Below are positions 37,913 through 44,858 of a stretch of 64,000 bases of DNA, piece after piece; position 1 is the stretch's first letter; each line of letters begins with the position of its first letter. The DNA lies in the IMG/VR virus record IMGVR_UViG_3300019935_000002, positions 14,395 to 78,394 of that record; one strand, 5' to 3'. The stretch is from a virus. The notes beneath the pieces were generated by a model. The model saw only the letters and a list, made by a program, of their open reading frames with translations, searched no databases and was not told where the DNA came from. Made by a program: the position numbers and the translations under genes.

Positions 37913-37940
37913 ACTAGGCACAACAAAGCGCAATAGAGAT
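37913..37940. repeat. 28-bp perfect inverted repeat, arm upstream of ORF
   Basis: ACTAGGCACAACAAAGCGCAATAGAGAT. Confidence 0.97.
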
Positions 37941-37956
37941 AAATTGTTAAGGAGCG
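37941..37956 (-). promoter_or_regulatory. boxA-like Nus-factor site 2
   Basis: CGCTCCTTAACAATTT(ATC) vs rrn leader TGCTCTTTAACAATTTATC. Confidence 0.65.
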
Positions 37957-38015
37957 AACGGGTAACATCTCGCTAAACTGGCAACACTGTCAACCAGTTA
38001 TTAACCCGTGATCTT

Positions 38016-38174
38016 AATCTAGTTTGCTTGTTCCGCTAAACTGGCGTTCCCTGCTGGTGATGGTAGGTGGGCGCATCCTGCGCCCTTTCTTCACATAGTC
38101 TTATACTCTGCCCCGCATGGCGGCAACAGACGGCAGCCCGTACAAAATGCACGTCCGAGCAAGCAAACCAAATT
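38016..38174 (-). ncRNA. putative small RNA enclosed by 15-bp stem
   Basis: Arms 38160-38174 and 38016-38030 pair in the transcript; contains GGGCGC-AGGAU-GCGCCC hairpin. Confidence 0.45.
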
Positions 38175-38185
38175 GTTAAAGAACA
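38170..38185 (-). promoter_or_regulatory. boxA Nus-factor site 1
   Basis: TGTTCTTTAACAATTT matches GYTCTTTAANA consensus, preceded by hairpin CCGCC..GGCGG. Confidence 0.75.
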
Positions 38186-38271
38186 ACCGCCAGATCAGGC
38201 GGGCAGCCATCCCGCGCGGGGCTGGCCTGTAAATTAGGGCAATCAAACTGAAATACCCTAACCACAAAGTA

Positions 38272-38300
38272 ACTATAGCAAAGTATAAAAGACTTTGCAA
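38272..38300 (-). promoter_or_regulatory. leftward sigma70-type promoter
   Basis: TTGCAA-17-TATAGT with TG extension and AT-rich UP region; TATAAAAGA/TCTTTTATA inverted repeat around -35. Confidence 0.75.
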
Positions 38301-38448
38301 ACTCTTTTATAAAAATAGTAATAAATAAGTACCACGGTTAAAAATTCACGGTTATTAGAGTTACCGTGAAAAAATAACGAACTAGCAATATGACTGTTGC
38401 CTTGGGACTGGTCACACCAGCCAGCCAGCGACAGAGACCCCCTCCCCA

Positions 38449-38474
38449 AAATGTTATGTTATAACGTAACATTT
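38449..38474. promoter_or_regulatory. 26-bp near-palindrome resembling overlapping Zur boxes
   Basis: AAATGTTATGTTATAACGTAACATTT. Confidence 0.5.
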
Positions 38475-38564
38475 CACTCCTACCCTAACTCGTGATATTT
38501 TTGGATTTTTAAAGTTAGTACCCGAATCCAACCCGTCAGCCTCCCTCCGACCAGAACCAGCCCC

Positions 38565-38593
38565 TTGCAAAGCTACAAAACCTGATCCATAAT
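38565..38593 (+). promoter_or_regulatory. rightward sigma70-type promoter
   Basis: TTGCAA-17-CATAAT. Confidence 0.6.
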
Positions 38594-38623
38594 CAGCCCA
38601 CAAACCTACTCAAGGAACTGAAC

Positions 38624-39184
38624 ATGAAATACGTTAAAGAGCTGAGGCTACATAAGGTTGGCGATATCCTCACCGGCAAAGATGGCAGAGACATGGGAGT
38701 CGTAGAGCACCTGAAATCAAAAGCCTGCGAAGTAGTGTCAAGCTCTAGCTTTATGGAAGCTGAGGAGCTAGTCCTAACCTTCAAATACGGCGCGCTTAGT
38801 GAAGAGTACCTGCATAGGTACGATAATCAGTTAGGCCCTTACCAACTGACTCTGCACCCCTCCGAGCAGAAGGTCGTCAGATCCGCCACCGTGTTCCTGC
38901 TGGGAGCGTCACTCTCCGATAAGAGTGTATGGAAGTTCATCGATAGCATTGAATGGGCCGATAGAATCACTGCCGAGGAGAGTATGTGCGAATACATTGA
39001 CATCTCGCGAGGCGGCCAAGTGGTACTGACCATCACCGTAGAAAAGCCTCTGACCCAGGAAGATTTGATTGAGACCCTGGAGAAATCCCCGACCAACTAC
39101 GTCATAAAGTACGTTGAGCTGACAGCTGATGATCGCTGCGACTTTGAAGAGGTGGACCGAAAAGCCTACGAGACTATAAGATAG
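38624..39184 (+). CDS. hypothetical protein
   Basis: ORF with AAGGA SD. Confidence 0.75.
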   Translation: MKYVKELRLHKVGDILTGKDGRDMGVVEHLKSKACEVVSSSSFMEAEELVLTFKYGALSEEYLHRYDNQLGPYQLTLHPSEQKVVRSATVFLLGASLSDKSVWKFIDSIEWADRITAEESMCEYIDISRGGQVVLTITVEKPLTQEDLIETLEKSPTNYVIKYVELTADDRCDFEEVDRKAYETIR

Positions 39185-39238
39185 CAACTGGCCAGCTACG
39201 TGATTGATATTACCGGCAACCCATTTACAAGGTGATTT

Positions 39239-39538
39239 ATGTCCAGACCACCCCGTAAGTCAGAGCCCGGACTTACTCGAATCAAGATGAAGTTCCACTT
39301 GTCGGGACTAAGCTCGCCAGACCGGGCTGAGTCGTCTCTGGAGGCCGAGCGGCTACTAAGATCATGGGACTGTGTAACCTCATTATCTTGGGAAGTGAAG
39401 GAAGACTGGATGTATGTCGACATCAAATTACTCCGAGGCTTCAAGACGTCGGCTGAGTTTAAGGTGGAGGTAGAACGGCGCATTAAGGGGCAAGTGTTCG
39501 CCTCCCTCCTTGTGATAACCGCAGCAGAGATAGCTTAA
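39239..39538 (+). CDS. hypothetical protein
   Basis: ORF with AAGGTG SD. Confidence 0.7.
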   Translation: MSRPPRKSEPGLTRIKMKFHLSGLSSPDRAESSLEAERLLRSWDCVTSLSWEVKEDWMYVDIKLLRGFKTSAEFKVEVERRIKGQVFASLLVITAAEIA

Positions 39539-39547
39539 GGAACCACC

Positions 39548-40504
39548 ATGACCAAAAATTTTTCATCCCCCACACTCGACTACCACAACCTGCTTGTGGA
39601 TCTGAAGTTGAACGGGCATACGGAATACAACGAACGTACCGGCAAGCGCTGTACGTTTCTTCTCAACAAGACTCTGACCTACGACAGGCTTCCTTATGTA
39701 GCCACGAAGAAGGTGGCGATTCGTTCTGCGGTGGCTGAGATGCTGGGCTACCTTAAGGGTTGCACGTCGGCTGCTGAGTTCCGAGCTTTAGGAACCAAGA
39801 CATGGGATGCCAATGCGAACGAGAACAAGGACTGGCTTGAGAATCCTGCTCGCAGGGGTCAGGACGACATGGGCCGGGTGTACGGGGCACAGGGAAGAGA
39901 TTGGATTTCTCCTGCTCATGGGCTTGACCGTTCTAAACCTCCTACTTTCTATGGCAACCTCCGCAGCACGGACCAACTGGCAAAAGTGCTTGACCATCTG
40001 CTTAAAAGAATCGACGACCGAGGCGAGATCATAACTTTCTGGAACCCAGGAGAATTTCATCTTGGCTGCCTGAGACCGTGCTTGCACACACACCACTTCT
40101 CTGTCATGGACGGCAAGTTGTACCTGACCAGCACTCAGAGGTCGGCAGACGTTCCGCTGGGGCTGCCGTTCAACATGATCCAGCCTTGGTTCCTGCTTAA
40201 GTTTGTGGCCTGGCTGACAGGCATGGAGGCGGGCACTGTTACGCACCACATCGTCAACTACCACATCTACGAAGATCAGTGGGATGGCGTGGAAGAGCAG
40301 ATCGGTCGTATAGAGGCTGGGATGATGTGCGACAACCGGAACAGGGAAGCGGCAGATGACTTTGCATTTTCCTCTGCTCTTCCTCAAGGCTGCGTGTTGG
40401 GATTACAGGACGCACTGGACGAAATCAAGGAATTTAATACTGATTGCGTATGGTTCCCGGATGTTGACCATCTGTCGGCTATCGAGTTTCCTTTCTCTGT
40501 GTGA
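39548..40504 (+). CDS. thyA: thymidylate synthase
   Basis: ERTG, MGRVYGAQGR, LRPCLH catalytic Cys, QRSADVPLGLPFN, HIYEDQ. Confidence 0.97.
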   Translation: MTKNFSSPTLDYHNLLVDLKLNGHTEYNERTGKRCTFLLNKTLTYDRLPYVATKKVAIRSAVAEMLGYLKGCTSAAEFRALGTKTWDANANENKDWLENPARRGQDDMGRVYGAQGRDWISPAHGLDRSKPPTFYGNLRSTDQLAKVLDHLLKRIDDRGEIITFWNPGEFHLGCLRPCLHTHHFSVMDGKLYLTSTQRSADVPLGLPFNMIQPWFLLKFVAWLTGMEAGTVTHHIVNYHIYEDQWDGVEEQIGRIEAGMMCDNRNREAADDFAFSSALPQGCVLGLQDALDEIKEFNTDCVWFPDVDHLSAIEFPFSV

Positions 40505-40523
40505 CCGGACAGGCAGCTACTTG

Positions 40524-40552
40524 TTGACATAGGCTCAGAACCTGCCTAGTAT
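40524..40552 (+). promoter_or_regulatory. sigma70-type promoter of RNA cluster
   Basis: TTGACA-17-TAGTAT. Confidence 0.8.
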
Positions 40553-40556
40553 AGGG

Positions 40557-41217
40557 ACTGTTCAAATAGGTAGTTCCTTCCGGCTAGTCCGGAGGTTTTG
40601 GGTACCTCATCCAGGTACGGCATCTTAGCAGTGACACAGGCCTTTAAGGAGGTTCGACTGTGTAGCGGGTGCCTAATCGGCCGTAATGAGCAGCAGTGGG
40701 TTTTCTGAGTTCCCTTGAGCCGTCCGCCGGCACGGTCTGCGAATGCCGGCATCTGTTTGGTTTATGCGAAGCGATCTGGCCTCATCGCCTATAGATCGTG
40801 GAGGAACCCCCATAAGTAGATGAGTGCTTGTGCAAGGGTGAGACTTAAACCGCTAAACAGGACGCCCTGCCAGCTAAGCTGGAGCCTGCACTAACCTGTA
40901 GTAAGGTCGAGCCCATGGCGGGTAATAAGTGCGTGGGACTATAGGGCAGTTGCAGGACTCTGCCACCCGCTGACTGACCAGCGGTTAAACAACACCTGCA
41001 CCCGTGAAAGCGGAAACCCTTCGAGGTCGCAGAAGTAAAAGCGGCAACCGGCACCATCAGCGGTATATCTGGTGGTCGTTGGTTAGGGCTATTAGTTTGA
41101 AAAGGGTGTCTAAGTAAGCTTTCGGCCTCTGCATTCACCGATCAAAATACCACGCGGCCGCTTTAGAACAGAAGAGTGGAGAGTGAGGTTGGAATCCTCA
41201 TAGCCCTAACCAATGAC
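40557..41217 (+). ncRNA. putative large structured ncRNA (~660 nt) with tRNA-like 3' module
   Basis: No credible ORF; more than 10 hairpins/helices incl. GAAA tetraloop and a 17-bp helix 41075-41091/41201-41217; follows a promoter, precedes tRNAs. Confidence 0.7.
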
Positions 41218-41244
41218 AATAATCTACGCAAGCAGGGTGTCATA

Positions 41245-41607
41245 ATGAGACAGCTAGACGACCACAAAATAAACCCAGCAAACGACACTATAAATATCAC
41301 AGTTCTGGACGAACCTGGGGCAGGCGGAGCTTGCCACGAATATGAAATCAGCCACAGCGAAATGCCGTCGACTGTTATCAGCTTTCAGAACGGCCCGATT
41401 AGTGAAGAAGGGGTCGGAGTAAACGGCCTGACCCATGAAGTACTGCTGGCTATACTAGCTGATCGTCTGAGGGGTTTTCAGTCTGGCCCCTACGCATGTA
41501 AGGCCAACGAGCAGGCGCTAACGAAGCTGGAAGAAGCGCAGCACTGGCTACAGCAGCGTACGCTGGAGCGCATGCGACGCGGCGTTGAGGGAACTCATAA
41601 GGTTTAA
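41245..41607 (+). CDS. tad1: Tad1-family anti-defence signal sponge
   Basis: GAGGACHEY, FQNGP, LLAILADRLRGFQSGPY, NEQALTKLEEA, RRGVEGT align with Tad1 motifs as recalled. Confidence 0.8.
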   Translation: MRQLDDHKINPANDTINITVLDEPGAGGACHEYEISHSEMPSTVISFQNGPISEEGVGVNGLTHEVLLAILADRLRGFQSGPYACKANEQALTKLEEAQHWLQQRTLERMRRGVEGTHKV

Positions 41608-41738
41608 GAGAACACTCCCCGGCAAGGAGTGATCGTCCGAGGGCGGGTTAGCAACCGTCAAGTGATCTTCGGGAGAATGAACGCGACGACCGTTCCGTTA
41701 TTGCGGCTCACAACGCAGTGGCCTGACGGCCAAACTTT

Positions 41739-41813
41739 GGGCCTGTAGCTGGACGGTTCAAGCGGACGGCTCATAACCGTCTGACCCCGGTTCGATTCCG
41801 GGCAGGCCCACCA
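41739..41813 (+). tRNA. tRNA-CAT, probably Ile2 (lysidine) rather than Met
   Basis: GGGCCTG/CAGGCCC acceptor, GACGG-CTCATAA-CCGTC arm, TTCGATT loop, CCA; paired 1-72 so not initiator. Confidence 0.9.
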
Positions 41814-41837
41814 CTAACTACACGAGAGGCAGAAATC

Positions 41838-42029
41838 ATGAAAACTTACGAAGAGTGGAAAGCTGATGTTGACCAAAAGGTCGATGATGCCGTCGCCGCA
41901 ATGAAGCGAGTAAAGGCCGTTTTTGAGGAGATCGATAAGGTCGACACTAAGGGCGTCTCACCGACAGACGTACATGCCTTTGCGATTGCTGCGTCTCTTA
42001 AAATGAGTAAAGCCGCGGAGGAAATGTGA
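41838..42029 (+). CDS. hypothetical protein
   Basis: ORF with GAGG SD. Confidence 0.7.
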   Translation: MKTYEEWKADVDQKVDDAVAAMKRVKAVFEEIDKVDTKGVSPTDVHAFAIAASLKMSKAAEEM

Positions 42030-42307
42030 TGGACGTTTTCCCTAAGTGGTCAGTAGTAAATCTCGACAACGGCTATCAAGTGCTCGTAGAGCTGCGTGAA
42101 CCGGATGAAGACGAAGACGACCTAGAGACAGCGACCGCAATTGTAAGCTATAAGACGGCGTTCCCGGAGGCGTTGATGGAAGACAAGTCCTACGTAAAAG
42201 ATAAAGCTCCAGAAGAGATTGACTTCGCGGCTATTACGACTACTGAGATTTGCCAGAAACGATGGGATGAGATGGACAAATCCTACAACGCCTTCTACTC
42301 TTTATGA
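42026..42307 (+). CDS. hypothetical acidic protein
   Basis: ORF coupled to upstream gene. Confidence 0.7.
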   Translation: MMDVFPKWSVVNLDNGYQVLVELREPDEDEDDLETATAIVSYKTAFPEALMEDKSYVKDKAPEEIDFAAITTTEICQKRWDEMDKSYNAFYSL

Positions 42308-42313
42308 TTCACA

Positions 42314-42387
42314 GCGCCATTAGCTCAGCCGGATAGAGCGGTCGTCTCCTAAGCGACAGGCCGTAGGTTCAAGTCCTGCATGGCGCA
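42314..42387 (+). tRNA. tRNA-Arg(CCT)
   Basis: GCGCCAT/ATGGCGC acceptor, GTCGT-CTCCTAA-GCGAC arm; CCA not encoded (TCA). Confidence 0.92.
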
Positions 42388-42391
42388 TCAC

Positions 42392-42465
42392 AGGTCGGTA
42401 GCTCAAAGGTAGAGCAGAGGTTCCAAACTCTCGTGTCGAGGGTTCGATTCCCTCCCGGTCTGCCA
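42392..42465 (+). tRNA. tRNA-Trp(CCA), atypical anticodon stem
   Basis: AGGTCGG/CCGGTCT acceptor, G73, CCA end, loop TTCCAAA; 5' stem strand one base short. Confidence 0.75.
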
Positions 42466-42466
42466 A

Positions 42467-42540
42467 GCGGGTATAGTTCAAAGGTAGAACATCAGCCTTC
42501 CAAGCTGAGAATGCGAGTTCGATTCTCGTTGCCCGCTCCA
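42467..42540 (+). tRNA. tRNA-Gly(TCC)
   Basis: GCGGGTA/TGCCCGC acceptor, TCAGC-CTTCCAA-GCTGA arm, U73, CCA. Confidence 0.95.
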
Positions 42541-42565
42541 ACCACACTACTCAGGGTGGTCAACT

Positions 42566-42619
42566 ATGATGCTAATCCTTATCGCGCTTCTGATTCTTTT
42601 CCACTTAGTATTCGGCTAA
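42566..42619 (+). CDS. 17-aa hydrophobic micropeptide
   Basis: MMLILIALLILFHLVFG with GGGTGG SD-like sequence. Confidence 0.45.
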   Translation: MMLILIALLILFHLVFG

Positions 42620-42678
42620 CTTGACTTCGAGCTGTGATAAACTCTACACAATGTTACACGCACAGTAGAGGGCGTCCT

Positions 42679-43014
42679 ATGTTCAGAGAAAGAGAAGTGT
42701 CAGGTCCAGTCAACTCGGCTATCGAAGTTGATGACCCTTACTTTAGTCGCCTCCCTAAAGGTTATATCACTGTCGCCTACTTTCAGGATCAGGCCTGCAC
42801 CGTCCCTGCCACCCCCTCGACAGGCGACGTAACCCTGCACGTCTGGATGCGTGGAGGACAAGAGCCTTTGGAGCTTGAAGACTCGCCACTGCCCTCTACT
42901 GATGTAGCGTCATTTGGATCGTGGGCTGGGCCAGCTATAAAGTTCAAAGCTACAGCCAATGCGGTAGCTGGAGCTGCCTACTACAAGATGACAATTACAG
43001 CGAATAGAGGCTAA
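42679..43014 (+). CDS. hypothetical (possible virion) protein
   Basis: Start refined to MFRE after GAGGG; beta-rich. Confidence 0.7.
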   Translation: MFREREVSGPVNSAIEVDDPYFSRLPKGYITVAYFQDQACTVPATPSTGDVTLHVWMRGGQEPLELEDSPLPSTDVASFGSWAGPAIKFKATANAVAGAAYYKMTITANRG

Positions 43015-43017
43015 GAC

Positions 43018-44382
43018 ATGAGAGCACCAAGAGCCGTACCAAGTCGAGGTATAGAGATACGCGATGAGCACATCTTCTCCGACACCGCTGCCAGAGACGC
43101 CTACTTCTCCGCTAACCCTGGCGAGCTTAGAGCTAGCCTCTACGTCTCTGCTGGCAGCCAGCTCTTTAAGCGGGTTGCCGGGCAGTGGGCAGACTTGACC
43201 CCGGTTATTCAAGGTCAACCGGGGAGCGAGACCGACTTCTCAGAGATACCTACTGATCACTTAGTCGCTATTGGTCTGGACAACAGACCATACGATTCAG
43301 GGCTGGTAAAACAAGGCAGAAACTTAAAGACCGAAGGGAGCATACAGGCAGGCCCATCCAGCCTGCTGATTGGTCCGAAGTTCCGGATGAGTTCAGGTGT
43401 GAACGCCGTAGCGTTCACACTGGGTACAGGTCAGGACGCGGTGGGTATCAACACCACCTATGACTCGCAGGGGTCGACTTACCCTTTCTACTACAAACTG
43501 GCCCCTATGGAGAATTTGACGGTCAATAACAAGACTGACCAAATGGTCACGTCTCCATTTGAGCTGCAGTACTCCACTTTCGGCGATAACCTCACCTACG
43601 ACTTCATGTTTATACCTGCCGAAGCTGGAGAGATGCGGGTAAGGTACTGGCTAGGCACAGCCATCACTGACGAAGACCTAATCTTTGATGAGATCAGGGA
43701 GGTTACTCAGGCAGAGGTGGACGCTGGAGTCCCGGTACAATTTGGCGTAGGCAACAAGTACATTCTGCCACAAGGACAAAACTTGTACGTCCAGTTCTCA
43801 GGTGTTGACCTGGTTGGAGGCTATCCTGACTCAGGCCCATTTGCAGGACAGCTTCTCCCTTACTTTGTCAGCCAGATTCACCCTTACCGCAAGATAACCT
43901 TCACCTCGTTCGGATGGTACGACTACAGCAACTCCCTGCCAGCGCAGAGCATCAGCAAGAATACCTGGACGACACTGCTAAATGACGGTGACGGCCCCTA
44001 CACTAACAAGGGGTACCCTCCACACGCAGTAGGAGAAATGCTGGACCCACTAACAGGCAGGATTCTGTTCGACGATCTTGACCCGGGAGACGAGGTCTAT
44101 ATCCGACATACTCTGTCGGTCAAGCCGAATGCCAATGGCGTGACTTACTTCGTAAGACACCTTCTTGGCGACGGAGCTGGCCAGTATAGCTTGCCAATAG
44201 GCAGGCCTACTAAATTAGAGCAGGGCGGTGGAACGTCCACAGGTGACTTCGTAGTAGATACTCGTATTTACATAGGCGACAATAATACTCTTATCGGAGG
44301 GGCTGTCCCTCAGATACAGTTAAGCGGAACCGCCGAGGTAGCCTACAAAGGCGCCTACATTTCAGTAACCAGGAGAGGGTAA
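43018..44382 (+). CDS. hypothetical beta-rich protein, possibly virion fibre/decoration
   Basis: 454-aa Gly/Thr-rich ORF. Confidence 0.7.
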   Translation: MRAPRAVPSRGIEIRDEHIFSDTAARDAYFSANPGELRASLYVSAGSQLFKRVAGQWADLTPVIQGQPGSETDFSEIPTDHLVAIGLDNRPYDSGLVKQGRNLKTEGSIQAGPSSLLIGPKFRMSSGVNAVAFTLGTGQDAVGINTTYDSQGSTYPFYYKLAPMENLTVNNKTDQMVTSPFELQYSTFGDNLTYDFMFIPAEAGEMRVRYWLGTAITDEDLIFDEIREVTQAEVDAGVPVQFGVGNKYILPQGQNLYVQFSGVDLVGGYPDSGPFAGQLLPYFVSQIHPYRKITFTSFGWYDYSNSLPAQSISKNTWTTLLNDGDGPYTNKGYPPHAVGEMLDPLTGRILFDDLDPGDEVYIRHTLSVKPNANGVTYFVRHLLGDGAGQYSLPIGRPTKLEQGGGTSTGDFVVDTRIYIGDNNTLIGGAVPQIQLSGTAEVAYKGAYISVTRRG

Positions 44383-44858
44383 TGATTGCATCAAAATTAG
44401 ACTGGTCTCAAATAGAAAACTTCAAAAAGTCAGAGTTCCCTGCAGGCGTATTACGCCAGACGTCTGGCGAGCTGATAGAACAGCTGGCGAAGTACCGGAC
44501 TCACCTGGGAAAGGCCCTGCATCCGTCTCCTAACCATAAGGGGTGGGCGAGGACAACCGGATCAGAGGGTTCCGAGCACTACGCTGTAGGGCGGCGATCC
44601 ACAGCCGGTGACGTCTTCCTGTCATCAAGTCAAGATGCCAGATACGCATTTACTCTTGCCTGTCAGTACTTTAATGGCGTTGGCATCTACTATGACACTA
44701 AGCTTAATGGCCAGCCACGCATCATGCTCCATCTCGACTTACGGGACACGCCGACGGTATGGTGCCGCCACCACGGAGAATACCTGTATCCTGCTAAAGG
44801 CGGACGAGATGCTGACGCATTCTACCACCTGCTGAACATAGGACTACCGCAACCATGA
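44382..44858 (+). CDS. peptidase M15-family (endolysin-like)
   Basis: NFKKSEF, SEH...AGD, GVGIY, HLDLR. Confidence 0.75.
   Translation: MIASKLDWSQIENFKKSEFPAGVLRQTSGELIEQLAKYRTHLGKALHPSPNHKGWARTTGSEGSEHYAVGRRSTAGDVFLSSSQDARYAFTLACQYFNGVGIYYDTKLNGQPRIMLHLDLRDTPTVWCRHHGEYLYPAKGGRDADAFYHLLNIGLPQP

Noticed and set aside
36881-37940. IS element or invertible segment defined by the 28-bp inverted repeat
   Set aside because: No target-site duplication, no DDE/HUH/recombinase motifs in the enclosed ORF or nearby; boxA adjacency favours an RNA stem, though inversion cannot be excluded without reads
39548-40504. dCMP/dUMP hydroxymethylase for modified bases
   Set aside because: Motifs are those of canonical ThyA (PFN Asn retained) and DHFR is co-encoded
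40557-41217. RNase P RNA, tmRNA or group I intron; also ORFs 40546-40752 and 40845-41138
   Set aside because: GAGGAA and ACAGAA words are present but no P4 pairing; no G3-U70 acceptor or tag frame seen; no P7 pairing or interrupted gene; antisense ORFs lack SD and look non-coding
41176-41244. Upstream GTG start for Tad1-like ORF
   Set aside because: Lies within the RNA helix; family similarity begins at ATG 41245
42320-42624. ORFs 42320-42547 (-) and 42433-42624 (+)
   Set aside because: Shadow translations of tRNA genes
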